Assembly (NCBI RefSeq): GCF_009914755.1
Contig: NC_060946.1
DNA: 64,000 bases
Direction: 5' to 3' (one strand)
Source of the DNA: the human T2T-CHM13v2.0 reference genome, Homo sapiens
This document shows, one piece after another, positions 7,314 to 20,499 of the stretch. The notes under the pieces are model-generated. The model saw only the letters and a program-made list of their open reading frames with translations, was not told where the DNA came from and made no database searches. How positions within the stretch are numbered: the first letter of the stretch is position 1; each line of letters starts with the position of its first letter. The translations under genes and the position numbers were made by a program.

Positions 7314-10300
7314 TCACCGGTAGTGTGGCCCGCAGGGACGCCGACCTGCTGGAGCGTCGTGCCAGCATGGGCTGTGGCAACCACGTGGGCCAGCAGGAGG
7401 TTCCCGCTGCACAGCTGTGGGGTGAGGATAGACTGGGTGGTGATATCGGCCATTACAGGGGCCTCTTCTGCTGGCAAGAGTGTGACAGTAGCAAGTAGAT
7501 GGACAGGCCTGCGTGTGAGGACGGAATGCAGGAGGGGTTCTTGTGCGCCTGGGTGTGGGGCCCTCACGGGAACCGTGGAGAAATGGCCAGGTAACTGCGT
7601 CATGTGGGCTAGTAGATTGGCCAGGGCTTCGAACTGAAGGACGATAATGGGGAGTAGCTGTCAGGCCCTGGGAGTGCCTGAGTGTAAGTGGAGATGGGTT
7701 TGGGGTCACTGAGGGATGCGTGGGAGCCATCCCTGTATAGGTACAGGTCATAGGGAGATAGTCTCGTGAGGCCTGTGAGTGTCTAGGGTTGTCCTGGGTG
7801 CCTGGGGCTGACTGTGGCAGAAATCTGGGGAAGGCTGGAGAGAAGCTGGGAGACCCAGGAGAGTCCCTGAAGGCAGGGGGTGAAGAGGTGAAAGAAATGG
7901 GGGAGGGTTGCAGTAAGGTCCGTGAGTTTGTAGGTGATTCCTGGGTGCGGGAAGCTGACTCCAGGTGAAATCTGGAGATGGTTGGAGAGTAGCTGAGAGA
8001 GACAGAAGAGTCCCTGAGGGCTGGGGGTGAGAACATGAGGGAGACGGGGGAGTAAGTCAGTGAAATTCGTGAGTTCGGTGGTGTATCGTGGGTGCCTGGA
8101 ACTGACTCCAGCTGGAATCTAGAGAAGTTTTGAGAGTAGCTGAAGGAGACACAAGAGTCCCTGTGGGCTGAGGGCAAAGACCTGAGACAGACCAGGGAGG
8201 ACCTCAGTGAAGTCTGTGAGTCTGTAGGTGATTCCGGAGTGTGGGAGGCTGACTCCCGCTGAAATCTGGGCGTGGTGGGAGAGTAGCTGGGACAGACAGG
8301 AGAGTCCCAGGGGGCTGGGGGTGACGACGTGAGAGAGACTGGGGAGTAACTCAGTGAAATTGCTGAGTTGGTTGGTGATACCTGGGTGCCTGGAACTGAC
8401 CCCCGCTGAAATCTGGGCATGGTTGGAGAGTAGCTGGGACACACAGGAGAGTCCCTGAGGGCTGGGGGTGAAGACATGAGCGAGACCGGGGAGTAACTGA
8501 GTGAAACTGGTGAGTTTGGTGGTGACTCCGGGGTGCCTGGAACTGACTCCAGCTGAAATGTGGGCGTGGTTGGAGAGTAGCTGGGACAGACAGGAGAGTC
8601 CCTGAGGACTGGTGAAGACATGAGAGAGACTGGAGAGTAATTGAGTGAAATTGGTGAGTTTGGTGGTGATTCCTGGGTGCCTGGAACTGACTCCCGCTGA
8701 AGTGTGGGCGTGGTTGGAGAGTAGCTGGGACACACAGGAGAGTCCCTGAGGGTTGGAGATAAAGACGTGCTAGAGACTGAGGAGTAACTGAGTGAAATTG
8801 GTGAGTTTGGTGGTGATTCCGGGGTGCCTGGAACGGACTCCAGCTGAAATGTGGGCGTGGTTGGAGAGTAGCTGGGACAGACGGGAGAGTCCCTGAGGAA
8901 TGGTGAAGACATGAGAGAGACTGGGGAGTAACGCAGTGAAATTGGTGAGTTTGGTGGTGATTTCTGGGTGCCTGCAACGGACTCCCGCTGAAGTGTGGGC
9001 GTGCTTGGAGAGTAGCTGGGACAGACAGGCGAGTCCCTGAGGGTTGGAGATAAAGACGTGCTAGAGACTGAGGAGTAACTGAGTGAAATTGGTGAGTTTG
9101 GTGGTGATTCCGGGGTGCCTGGAACGGACTCCAGCTGAAATGTGGGCGTGGTTGGAGAGTAGCTGGGACAGACGGGAGAGTCCCTGAGGGATGGTGAAGA
9201 CATGAGAGAGACTGGGGAGTAACGCAGTGAAATTGGTGAGTTTGGTGGTGATTTCTGGGTGCCTGCAACAGACTCCCGCTGAAGTGTGGGCGTGCTTGGA
9301 GAGTAGCTGGGACAGACAGGCGAGTCCCTGAGGGTTGGAGATAAAGACGTGCTGGAGACTGGGGAGTAACTCAGTGAAAGTGGTGGGCTTGGTGGTGATC
9401 CCAGGGTTCCTGGAACTGACCCGCGCTGAAATGTGGGCGTGGTTGGAGAGTAGCTGGGACAGACTGGAGGGTCCGTAAGGGCTGGGGGTGAAGACGTGAG
9501 AGAGACTGGCGAGGATCTCACTGAGGTCTGTGAGTTTGTAGGTGTTTCTGGGGTGTGGGGTACAGACTCCCGCTGAAATCTGGGCGTAGTTGGAGAGTAG
9601 CTGGGACAGACAGGAGAGTCATGGGTGGCTGGGGGTGAGCTGCTGGATGATGGCAGTAAGAACATATGGTACATTATTGATGAATGAGGTGACTGTGAAG
9701 AATCTCCAGAGGAGGACACGGGAGAACACAATGACATGAGTGACTGTCCTGCTTGGTTAGGAAAGGGAAACGTAAAGTTGTGGAATTCTGTTGATGATGG
9801 ATGTGAGAGTGGTGAAGCCCTGCGGGATGATGTAGAGGACTTCCACATCCCTGGTGAGGAGCTGCCCCTTGGGTCTGAGTTTCTGGGAGGGGAGAGGGAG
9901 AAGCTGGGTGAGGCAGGCATGAATCTTGAGGAGTCAGGGCTGGGGGACCGCTCATATTCTCCCGAGACCTGTGAGTCTCTGGGGGACTCCTGGGTGCATG
10001 GGGCTGACTCCCGCAGGAACCTGGGGATGGCTGGAGAGTAACTGGGAGCCACAGGAGGGTCCCTGAGGCCTGGGGGTGAAGAGATGCAAGACACAGGGGT
10101 GGAGCAGCGTGAGGCTCGTGAGTTTGTAGGTGATTCCTGGGTGTGGGGGGCTGACTCCAGCTGAAATCTGGGGTTGTTTGGAGAGTAGCTGGGAGACACA
10201 GGAGAACCCCCGAGAGCTGGGGGTGAGCTGCTGGGTGATGGCAGTAAGAACATGTGGTATATTATTGATGAACGTGGGGACTCTGAGGAGTCCTCAGAGG

Positions 10301-10586
10301 AGGACACGGCAGAGCCCAATGGCTTCATTGATTGCCCATCACGGTGAGGACAGGGAAATGGGAGCTTGTGGGATTCTGGTGATGACAGAGGTGAGTGTGG
10401 TGAAGCCCTAGGGGATGGTGAATGGTAGTTCCGGATCCCTGGTGAGGAGCTTCCCCTTAAGCCTGAGTTTCTGAGAGGGGAGAGGGAGAAGCTGGGTGAG
10501 GCTCGCATGGACCTTGGGGTGTCCGTGCTGGGGGACCGTTCATAAGAAGAGCCAGACAAGACCCTACTGTTCTTAGGTGCAGACAT
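7314..10586 (-). CDS. Ser/Pro-rich CTD-like repeat protein, copy 2 (1090 aa)
   Basis: Intact ORF with 48/49-aa repeats containing YSPTTPT-type heptads. Confidence 0.7.
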   Translation of the reverse strand: MSAPKNSRVLSGSSYERSPSTDTPRSMRASPSFSLSPLRNSGLRGSSSPGIRNYHSPSPRASPHSPLSSPESHKLPFPCPHRDGQSMKPLGSAVSSSEDSSESPRSSIIYHMFLLPSPSSSPPALGGSPVSPSYSPNNPRFQLESAPHTQESPTNSRASRCSTPVSCISSPPGLRDPPVAPSYSPAIPRFLRESAPCTQESPRDSQVSGEYERSPSPDSSRFMPASPSFSLSPPRNSDPRGSSSPGMWKSSTSSRRASPLSHPSSTEFHNFTFPFPNQAGQSLMSLCSPVSSSGDSSQSPHSSIMYHMFLLPSSSSSPPATHDSPVCPSYSPTTPRFQRESVPHTPETPTNSQTSVRSSPVSLTSSPPALTDPPVCPSYSPTTPTFQRGSVPGTLGSPPSPPLSLSYSPVSSTSLSPTLRDSPVCPSYSPSTPTLQRESVAGTQKSPPNSPISLRYSPVSLMSSPSLRDSPVCPSYSPTTPTFQLESVPGTPESPPNSPISLSYSSVSSTSLSPTLRDSPVCPSYSPSTPTLQRESVAGTQKSPPNSPISLRYSPVSLMSSPFLRDSPVCPSYSPTTPTFQLESVPGTPESPPNSPISLSYSSVSSTSLSPTLRDSPVCPSYSPTTPTLQRESVPGTQESPPNSPISLNYSPVSLMSSPVLRDSPVCPSYSPTTPTFQLESVPGTPESPPNSPVSLSYSPVSLMSSPPALRDSPVCPSYSPTMPRFQRGSVPGTQVSPTNSAISLSYSPVSLTSSPPAPWDSPVCPSYSPTTPRFQRESASHTPESPTDSQTSLRSSLVCLRSLPSAHRDSCVSFSYSQNFSRFQLESVPGTHDTPPNSRISLTYSPVSLMFSPPALRDSSVSLSYSPTISRFHLESASRTQESPTNSRTLLQPSPISFTSSPPAFRDSPGSPSFSPAFPRFLPQSAPGTQDNPRHSQASRDYLPMTCTYTGMAPTHPSVTPNPSPLTLRHSQGLTATPHYRPSVRSPGQSTSPHDAVTWPFLHGSREGPTPRRTRTPPAFRPHTQACPSTCYCHTLASRRGPCNGRYHHPVYPHPTAVQREPPAGPRGCHSPCWHDAPAGRRPCGPHYR

Positions 10587-13500
10587 GATTAGGAAACCTG
10601 CAGCTCCCAGGGGCCCCCACTAATGTTCTAACTCGCAGAAGGAAGGAGTGTGTGTGCGTGTGTGCGTGTGCGTGTGTGTGTGTGTGTGTTTGTGTGTGTG
10701 CGGTGTGAGGTATGGGCCCCTTAAGGAAATGGAAATCAACCAACCAATGGGACAGACAGACAGACAGACAGACAGAGATTCACTTGCCCAAGTGTTCTGT
10801 CCTGTCCTCTGAATCCGCTTTCAAGTCGCAAGACGCTGTGAGCTCCAAGTCCACGCAGAGTCCGCCAAACGCTCCGGCCGCTGATCCGCTCCGCGAAGAT
10901 CTGAGTACAGGCCAGCCAGGGTGGGTTTAAATAGCCTCGGGCGCAGCCTAGCAGCGGAAAGGGCCGAGCTTCACTCCTCCTTTCCATCAGTCACCCCCAA
11001 CTTTCCCAGGCTACACCTCGTAGGAAACTGTTCTCCTGCTTTGATTTCATGCGCCACCTTTGGGACAATCTAAGAACTTACAGGTTTTCTTGGCCAGATT
11101 TATTAGGAATTGTATGCACTGAAACACTGAAAACCAACTAGTGGTTCTGTGCTTCCCACGTTGTGGTTTTGACACCAGCAGCATCCTTGCCACAATCAAA
11201 CCCCGGAGATCCGCAGATCTGTGTTGTAACAAGACCTCCCCCTGACCCTGATGCATGGCAGTTGAAGAAGTCTTTCCGTGTAAGCGAAAAGACTTTGAAG
11301 AAAAGGTGGAGATATGCGTAGTATAAACATTCTTTGGCTCTGGAACCACGTAGAGACTTGGGAGCCAGTTGGGTGGAGCATTCGTTGGATGAGGGTGCTC
11401 GGGTTAGGAATATCAAGGTGTTTCTCCAGATAATCCAATCATCTAATTAAGATTCCAGTTATGCTCATCTGTTTTAAAATTCCGTTTGGGTAAATTCTTT
11501 TAGTCAGACTGAGAATGGCAAAGCCTCAACCCCAATTTCCAGGGAGGGTGGAGAGCCTCAGGTGGAGTTGATCACCAATAGCCTATGGTTTAACCCATCA
11601 TGCCTATAGAATGAGGTCTCCATCAAAACCCAAAAGGACTGGGTTCAGAGAGCTTCTGGATAACACTTCCTGGAAGGTAGTGCACCCCTCCCCGCATGCC
11701 GGGCCCCACATTTATTTCTGAACTTTGTGCAATGTCCGCTAAAATACAACGGCAAATGTAAGTGTTTCCCTGCGTGCTGTGAGCTCTTCCAGCAAATGAA
11801 TGCAACTAAATCTGGGAGTGGTGGCAACCTGATTTATAGCCAGTTGCTGAGAAGCACAGGTAAAACAACGTAGGGCTTCCCATTGTTATTGGTGTGGGAG
11901 GCCTGTCTGGCGGGACTCGGCCCTTTGGAATCTAATGCTATGTCCCGGTAGATAGCGTCACCATTGAATTAGAAGACACACATATGTGGAGAATAATCTT
12001 TCTGGTCATTTACTGCATGTCATATTTACAATATGTAATCAAATTCTTTATCCTGACCTTATGGCACCTGGGTTTAGGACCATGATTTGAACCAAACGTT
12101 GGTCTGTCACTTTCTGAGTTTGAAACTTTATTTTGCCTTTAGCGTTTTGCTATTGCTTTTTCGTTTTCTTTTGTTTCGTTTCGTTTCTAAGTTCTGGGGT
12201 ATATGTGCAGGATGTGCAGATTTGTTACTAAGGTAAACGTGTGCCATGGTGGTTTGCTGCACCTGTCAACCCGTCACCTAGGTATTAAGCCCAGCATGCA
12301 GTAGCTGTTTTTCTTAACGCTCTGCCTCCCGAAAGGCCCCAGTGTGTGTTGTTCCCCTTCCTGTGTCCATGGGATCTCACTTTTCAGCTCCCATTATAAG
12401 TGAGAAGGTGGCGTTTGGTTTTCTTTCCCTGGATTAGTTTGCTGACGATAATGACCACACATCACCACTGTTTTTGTTTTTTAGTATAAAGAGTAGTATT
12501 TTATTGAATAAGATTTGCTCACAGAAAAATAAGCTTAAATCTACAATGAATGCCAGACCCTACAGCAGAAAGCAATTTTCTCACTTTTCCACACACAATG
12601 GTTCCTACTAAGTGAAAAAAAAGCCATAAAATTTCATTCACAAATGTACTACTCTGTCTCAAAACATCTCACGTAATCATGCACTGTACTAAAGCCATCA
12701 GATCAGTTCTTCAGTCAGGTTAAAGAAGTATCCCTCTAATAACTGACTTTTATAATGCTATCAATATCCACTCCCAATCAGTCTGCCATTGTTAATGGTG
12801 TACAGCATTACTGAATACAACGGAATTGATGACGCCCATATCCACAGACAAACCGTGACTTATGATGGTTTGATTTATGATTTTTCAACGTTATGATGGG
12901 TTTATTGGAATATTAGATTCGTTTCTGAGTTACACTGGGTTTATGAGTATGCGACCCTACACTCCAGAAACAGCTGTATAAGGAAAAACAGGTGTACCTA
13001 ATAAAAATATGCTTAGTGACTTGGGATAAACCAATAGATGTTCACAAGTGATGGAGAGCCGTGAAAGAGAGATAGCGGTAAATAGTTACAATAACACAAT
13101 TTTCCTGCACCTGTCGAGGATTTCCCCCAAAAAACGCAGAATGTGGGATGCACCTAAGGCATATGAAAGAGAGAGGGCAGAAGGAGTAAGAGAGAAATAG
13201 GAGGAAGGAAGGAAGGAAGCAAGGAAGAAAGGAAGGAAGGAAAGAAGGAAGGAAGGACGGAAGGAAGGAAGGAAGGAAGGAAGGAAGGAAAGAAGGATGA
13301 AAGGAAGGAGAAAACACCGGTGTTACTAAAACCCCCCAAAAAATGGTTTCCCCCTGTGGGTAAGCCTACAATGTGGATGAATCTTGAAAATATTGTGCTA
13401 CGTGTTATGTCAGTCATAGCAGCTCACCTATTGTGCAATTCCGTTTATAGGAAATGTCCACAATATGGAAATCTATGCATATGGGATTGATCGCACTAGG

Positions 13501-13906
13501 TAGTTGCTACCTAGGGCTGAGGGTCAGGGAGAGGGTTTGAGACAGAATGAGGAGTGACTAATGTCTACAGGGTCTTTCTCTGGTCGGGGGTGATAAGACG
13601 TTTTACAATGGATTGCGAATTAAAATTGAATGTGCACAACCACAGGTATACTAAAAGCCACTCAATTCATGACCTTTAATGGGGGAATCTTACGTGGCGT
13701 AGTCTCATGGAGACCACGGCAGACATAGTGAGAGAGAAAAAGGTGAGTAAATATCTGAAACGGAGGCAGAAACAGAGAGAATGAAAAGCCCTGTGAATGG
13801 AAGGGAGAGCGAAAAGGGAAAATGGTCCTATTTACAAATGACAGATGTGAAACTGGGGTTCACATCAACAGTGTCACTGCCAGGAAGGAGGGTCATGCTA
13901 GCCATG

Positions 13907-16900
13907 TCACCGGTAGTGTGGCCCGCAGGGACGCCGACCTGCTGGAGCGTCGTGCCAGCATGGGCTGTGGCAACCACGTGGGCCAGCAGGAGGTTCCCGC
14001 TGCACAGCTGTGGGGTGAGGATAGACTGGGTGGTGATATCGGCCATTACAGGGGCCTCTTCTGCTGGCAAGAGTGTGACAGTAGCAAGTAGATGGACAGG
14101 CCTGCGTGTGAGGACGGAATGCAGGAGGGGTTCTTGTGCGCCTGGGTGTGGGGCCCTCACGGGAACCGTGGAGAAATGGCCAGGTAACTGCGTCATGTGG
14201 GCTAGTAGATTGGCCAGGGCTTCGAACTGAAGGACGATAATGGGGAGTAGCTGTCAGGCCCTGGGAGTGCCTGAGTGTAAGTGGAGATGGGTTTGGGGTC
14301 ACTGAGGGATGCGTGGGAGCCATCCCTGTATAGGTACAGGTCATAGGGAGATAGTCTCGTGAGGCCTGTGAGTGTCTAGGGTTGTCCTGGGTGCCTGGGG
14401 CTGACTGTGGCAGAAATCTGGGGAAGGCTGGAGAGAAGCTGGGAGACCCAGGAGAGTCCCTGAAGGCAGGGGGTGAAGAGGTGAAAGAAATGGGGGAGGG
14501 TTGCAGTAAGGTCCGTGAGTTTGTAGGTGATTCCTGGGTGCGGGAAGCTGACTCCAGGTGAAATCTGGAGATGGTTGGAGAGTAGCTGAGAGAGACAGAA
14601 GAGTCCCTGAGGGCTGGGGGTGAGAACATGAGGGAGACGGGGGAGTAAGTCAGTGAAATTCGTGAGTTCGGTGGTGTATCGTGGGTGCCTGGAACTGACT
14701 CCAGCTGGAATCTAGAGAAGTTTTGAGAGTAGCTGAAGGAGACACAAGAGTCCCTGTGGGCTGAGGGCAAAGACCTGAGACAGACCAGGGAGGACCTCAG
14801 TGAAGTCTGTGAGTCTGTAGGTGATTCCGGAGTGTGGGAGGCTGACTCCCGCTGAAATCTGGGCGTGGTGGGAGAGTAGCTGGGACAGACAGGAGAGTCC
14901 CAGGGGGCTGGGGGTGACGACGTGAGAGAGACTGGGGAGTAACTCAGTGAAATTGCTGAGTTGGTTGGTGATACCTGGGTGCCTGGAACTGACCCCCGCT
15001 GAAATCTGGGCATGGTTGGAGAGTAGCTGGGACACACAGGAGAGTCCCTGAGGGCTGGGGGTGAAGACATGAGCGAGACCGGGGAGTAACTGAGTGAAAC
15101 TGGTGAGTTTGGTGGTGACTCCGGGGTGCCTGGAACTGACTCCAGCTGAAATGTGGGCGTGGTTGGAGAGTAGCTGGGACAGACAGGAGAGTCCCTGAGG
15201 ACTGGTGAAGACATGAGAGAGACTGGAGAGTAATTGAGTGAAATTGGTGAGTTTGGTGGTGATTCCTGGGTGCCTGGAACTGACTCCCGCTGAAGTGTGG
15301 GCGTGGTTGGAGAGTAGCTGGGACACACAGGAGAGTCCCTGAGGGTTGGAGATAAAGACGTGCTAGAGACTGAGGAGTAACTGAGTGAAATTGGTGAGTT
15401 TGGTGGTGATTCCGGGGTGCCTGGAACGGACTCCAGCTGAAATGTGGGCGTGGTTGGAGAGTAGCTGGGACAGACGGGAGAGTCCCTGAGGAATGGTGAA
15501 GACATGAGAGAGACTGGGGAGTAACGCAGTGAAATTGGTGAGTTTGGTGGTGATTTCTGGGTGCCTGCAACGGACTCCCGCTGAAGTGTGGGCGTGCTTG
15601 GAGAGTAGCTGGGACAGACAGGCGAGTCCCTGAGGGTTGGAGATAAAGACGTGCTAGAGACTGAGGAGTAACTGAGTGAAATTGGTGAGTTTGGTGGTGA
15701 TTCCGGGGTGCCTGGAACGGACTCCAGCTGAAATGTGGGCGTGGTTGGAGAGTAGCTGGGACAGACGGGAGAGTCCCTGAGGGATGGTGAAGACATGAGA
15801 GAGACTGGGGAGTAACGCAGTGAAATTGGTGAGTTTGGTGGTGATTTCTGGGTGCCTGCAACAGACTCCCGCTGAAGTGTGGGCGTGCTTGGAGAGTAGC
15901 TGGGACAGACAGGCGAGTCCCTGAGGGTTGGAGATAAAGACGTGCTGGAGACTGGGGAGTAACTCAGTGAAAGTGGTGGGCTTGGTGGTGATCCCAGGGT
16001 TCCTGGAACTGACCCGCGCTGAAATGTGGGCGTGGTTGGAGAGTAGCTGGGACAGACTGGAGGGTCCGTAAGGGCTGGGGGTGAAGACGTGAGAGAGACT
16101 GGCGAGGATCTCACTGAGGTCTGTGAGTTTGTAGGTGTTTCTGGGGTGTGGGGTACAGACTCCCGCTGAAATCTGGGCGTAGTTGGAGAGTAGCTGGGAC
16201 AGACAGGAGAGTCATGGGTGGCTGGGGGTGAGCTGCTGGATGATGGCAGTAAGAACATATGGTACATTATTGATGAATGAGGTGACTGTGAAGAATCTCC
16301 AGAGGAGGACACGGGAGAACACAATGACATGAGTGACTGTCCTGCTTGGTTAGGAAAGGGAAACGTAAAGTTGTGGAATTCTGTTGATGATGGATGTGAG
16401 AGTGGTGAAGCCCTGCGGGATGATGTAGAGGACTTCCACATCCCTGGTGAGGAGCTGCCCCTTGGGTCTGAGTTTCTGGGAGGGGAGAGGGAGAAGCTGG
16501 GTGAGGCAGGCATGAATCTTGAGGAGTCAGGGCTGGGGGACCGCTCATATTCTCCCGAGACCTGTGAGTCTCTGGGGGACTCCTGGGTGCATGGGGCTGA
16601 CTCCCGCAGGAACCTGGGGATGGCTGGAGAGTAACTGGGAGCCACAGGAGGGTCCCTGAGGCCTGGGGGTGAAGAGATGCAAGACACAGGGGTGGAGCAG
16701 CGTGAGGCTCGTGAGTTTGTAGGTGATTCCTGGGTGTGGGGGGCTGACTCCAGCTGAAATCTGGGGTTGTTTGGAGAGTAGCTGGGAGACACAGGAGAAC
16801 CCCCGAGAGCTGGGGGTGAGCTGCTGGGTGATGGCAGTAAGAACATGTGGTATATTATTGATGAACGTGGGGACTCTGAGGAGTCCTCAGAGGAGGACAC

Positions 16901-17179
16901 GGCAGAGCCCAATGGCTTCATTGATTGCCCATCACGGTGAGGACAGGGAAATGGGAGCTTGTGGGATTCTGGTGATGACAGAGGTGAGTGTGGTGAAGCC
17001 CTAGGGGATGGTGAATGGTAGTTCCGGATCCCTGGTGAGGAGCTTCCCCTTAAGCCTGAGTTTCTGAGAGGGGAGAGGGAGAAGCTGGGTGAGGCTCGCA
17101 TGGACCTTGGGGTGTCCGTGCTGGGGGACCGTTCATAAGAAGAGCCAGACAAGACCCTACTGTTCTTAGGTGCAGACAT
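13907..17179 (-). CDS. Ser/Pro-rich CTD-like repeat protein, copy 3 (1090 aa)
   Basis: Intact ORF; translation appears identical to copy 2. Confidence 0.7.
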   Translation of the reverse strand: MSAPKNSRVLSGSSYERSPSTDTPRSMRASPSFSLSPLRNSGLRGSSSPGIRNYHSPSPRASPHSPLSSPESHKLPFPCPHRDGQSMKPLGSAVSSSEDSSESPRSSIIYHMFLLPSPSSSPPALGGSPVSPSYSPNNPRFQLESAPHTQESPTNSRASRCSTPVSCISSPPGLRDPPVAPSYSPAIPRFLRESAPCTQESPRDSQVSGEYERSPSPDSSRFMPASPSFSLSPPRNSDPRGSSSPGMWKSSTSSRRASPLSHPSSTEFHNFTFPFPNQAGQSLMSLCSPVSSSGDSSQSPHSSIMYHMFLLPSSSSSPPATHDSPVCPSYSPTTPRFQRESVPHTPETPTNSQTSVRSSPVSLTSSPPALTDPPVCPSYSPTTPTFQRGSVPGTLGSPPSPPLSLSYSPVSSTSLSPTLRDSPVCPSYSPSTPTLQRESVAGTQKSPPNSPISLRYSPVSLMSSPSLRDSPVCPSYSPTTPTFQLESVPGTPESPPNSPISLSYSSVSSTSLSPTLRDSPVCPSYSPSTPTLQRESVAGTQKSPPNSPISLRYSPVSLMSSPFLRDSPVCPSYSPTTPTFQLESVPGTPESPPNSPISLSYSSVSSTSLSPTLRDSPVCPSYSPTTPTLQRESVPGTQESPPNSPISLNYSPVSLMSSPVLRDSPVCPSYSPTTPTFQLESVPGTPESPPNSPVSLSYSPVSLMSSPPALRDSPVCPSYSPTMPRFQRGSVPGTQVSPTNSAISLSYSPVSLTSSPPAPWDSPVCPSYSPTTPRFQRESASHTPESPTDSQTSLRSSLVCLRSLPSAHRDSCVSFSYSQNFSRFQLESVPGTHDTPPNSRISLTYSPVSLMFSPPALRDSSVSLSYSPTISRFHLESASRTQESPTNSRTLLQPSPISFTSSPPAFRDSPGSPSFSPAFPRFLPQSAPGTQDNPRHSQASRDYLPMTCTYTGMAPTHPSVTPNPSPLTLRHSQGLTATPHYRPSVRSPGQSTSPHDAVTWPFLHGSREGPTPRRTRTPPAFRPHTQACPSTCYCHTLASRRGPCNGRYHHPVYPHPTAVQREPPAGPRGCHSPCWHDAPAGRRPCGPHYR

Positions 17180-20100
17180 GATTAGGAAACCTGCAGCTCC
17201 CAGGGGCCCCCACTAATGTTCTAACTCGCAGAAGGAAGGAGTGTGTGTGCGTGTGTGCGTGTGCGTGTGTGTGTGTGTGTGTTTGTGTGTGTGCGGTGTG
17301 AGGTATGGGCCCCTTAAGGAAATGGAAATCAACCAACCAATGGGACAGACAGACAGACAGACAGACAGAGATTCACTTGCCCAAGTGTTCTGTCCTGTCC
17401 TCTGAATCCGCTTTCAAGTCGCAAGACGCTGTGAGCTCCAAGTCCACGCAGAGTCCGCCAAACGCTCCGGCCGCTGATCCGCTCCGCGAAGATCTGAGTA
17501 CAGGCCAGCCAGGGTGGGTTTAAATAGCCTCGGGCGCAGCCTAGCAGCGGAAAGGGCCGAGCTTCACTCCTCCTTTCCATCAGTCACCCCCAACTTTCCC
17601 AGGCTACACCTCGTAGGAAACTGTTCTCCTGCTTTGATTTCATGCGCCACCTTTGGGACAATCTAAGAACTTACAGGTTTTCTTGGCCAGATTTATTAGG
17701 AATTGTATGCACTGAAACACTGAAAACCAACTAGTGGTTCTGTGCTTCCCACGTTGTGGTTTTGACACCAGCAGCATCCTTGCCACAATCAAACCCCGGA
17801 GATCCGCAGATCTGTGTTGTAACAAGACCTCCCCCTGACCCTGATGCATGGCAGTTGAAGAAGTCTTTCCGTGTAAGCGAAAAGACTTTGAAGAAAAGGT
17901 GGAGATATGCGTAGTATAAACATTCTTTGGCTCTGGAACCACGTAGAGACTTGGGAGCCAGTTGGGTGGAGCATTCGTTGGATGAGGGTGCTCGGGTTAG
18001 GAATATCAAGGTGTTTCTCCAGATAATCCAATCATCTAATTAAGATTCCAGTTATGCTCATCTGTTTTAAAATTCCGTTTGGGTAAATTCTTTTAGTCAG
18101 ACTGAGAATGGCAAAGCCTCAACCCCAATTTCCAGGGAGGGTGGAGAGCCTCAGGTGGAGTTGATCACCAATAGCCTATGGTTTAACCCATCATGCCTAT
18201 AGAATGAGGTCTCCATCAAAACCCAAAAGGACTGGGTTCAGAGAGCTTCTGGATAACACTTCCTGGAAGGTAGTGCACCCCTCCCCGCATGCCGGGCCCC
18301 ACATTTATTTCTGAACTTTGTGCAATGTCCGCTAAAATACAACGGCAAATGTAAGTGTTTCCCTGCGTGCTGTGAGCTCTTCCAGCAAATGAATGCAACT
18401 AAATCTGGGAGTGGTGGCAACCTGATTTATAGCCAGTTGCTGAGAAGCACAGGTAAAACAACGTAGGGCTTCCCATTGTTATTGGTGTGGGAGGCCTGTC
18501 TGGCGGGACTCGGCCCTTTGGAATCTAATGCTATGTCCCGGTAGATAGCGTCACCATTGAATTAGAAGACACACATATGTGGAGAATAATCTTTCTGGTC
18601 ATTTACTGCATGTCATATTTACAATATGTAATCAAATTCTTTATCCTGACCTTATGGCACCTGGGTTTAGGACCATGATTTGAACCAAACGTTGGTCTGT
18701 CACTTTCTGAGTTTGAAACTTTATTTTGCCTTTAGCGTTTTGCTATTGCTTTTTCGTTTTCTTTTGTTTCGTTTCGTTTCTAAGTTCTGGGGTATATGTG
18801 CAGGATGTGCAGATTTGTTACTAAGGTAAACGTGTGCCATGGTGGTTTGCTGCACCTGTCAACCCGTCACCTAGGTATTAAGCCCAGCATGCAGTAGCTG
18901 TTTTTCTTAACGCTCTGCCTCCCGAAAGGCCCCAGTGTGTGTTGTTCCCCTTCCTGTGTCCATGGGATCTCACTTTTCAGCTCCCATTATAAGTGAGAAG
19001 GTGGCGTTTGGTTTTCTTTCCCTGGATTAGTTTGCTGACGATAATGACCACACATCACCACTGTTTTTGTTTTTTAGTATAAAGAGTAGTATTTTATTGA
19101 ATAAGATTTGCTCACAGAAAAATAAGCTTAAATCTACAATGAATGCCAGACCCTACAGCAGAAAGCAATTTTCTCACTTTTCCACACACAATGGTTCCTA
19201 CTAAGTGAAAAAAAAGCCATAAAATTTCATTCACAAATGTACTACTCTGTCTCAAAACATCTCACGTAATCATGCACTGTACTAAAGCCATCAGATCAGT
19301 TCTTCAGTCAGGTTAAAGAAGTATCCCTCTAATAACTGACTTTTATAATGCTATCAATATCCACTCCCAATCAGTCTGCCATTGTTAATGGTGTACAGCA
19401 TTACTGAATACAACGGAATTGATGACGCCCATATCCACAGACAAACCGTGACTTATGATGGTTTGATTTATGATTTTTCAACGTTATGATGGGTTTATTG
19501 GAATATTAGATTCGTTTCTGAGTTACACTGGGTTTATGAGTATGCGACCCTACACTCCAGAAACAGCTGTATAAGGAAAAACAGGTGTACCTAATAAAAA
19601 TATGCTTAGTGACTTGGGATAAACCAATAGATGTTCACAAGTGATGGAGAGCCGTGAAAGAGAGATAGCGGTAAATAGTTACAATAACACAATTTTCCTG
19701 CACCTGTCGAGGATTTCCCCCAAAAAACGCAGAATGTGGGATGCACCTAAGGCATATGAAAGAGAGAGGGCAGAAGGAGTAAGAGAGAAATAGGAGGAAG
19801 GAAGGAAGGAAGCAAGGAAGAAAGGAAGGAAGGAAAGAAGGAAGGAAGGACGGAAGGAAGGAAGGAAGGAAGGAAGGAAGGAAAGAAGGATGAAAGGAAG
19901 GAGAAAACACCGGTGTTACTAAAACCCCCCAAAAAATGGTTTCCCCCTGTGGGTAAGCCTACAATGTGGATGAATCTTGAAAATATTGTGCTACGTGTTA
20001 TGTCAGTCATAGCAGCTCACCTATTGTGCAATTCCGTTTATAGGAAATGTCCACAATATGGAAATCTATGCATATGGGATTGATCGCACTAGGTAGTTGC

Positions 20101-20499
20101 TACCTAGGGCTGAGGGTCAGGGAGAGGGTTTGAGACAGAATGAGGAGTGACTAATGTCTACAGGGTCTTTCTCTGGTCGGGGGTGATAAGACGTTTTACA
20201 ATGGATTGCGAATTAAAATTGAATGTGCACAACCACAGGTATACTAAAAGCCACTCAATTCATGACCTTTAATGGGGGAATCTTACGTGGCGTAGTCTCA
20301 TGGAGACCACGGCAGACATAGTGAGAGAGAAAAAGGTGAGTAAATATCTGAAACGGAGGCAGAAACAGAGAGAATGAAAAGCCCTGTGAATGGAAGGGAG
20401 AGCGAAAAGGGAAAATGGTCCTATTTACAAATGACAGATGTGAAACTGGGGTTCACATCAACAGTGTCACTGCCAGGAAGGAGGGTCATGCTAGCCATG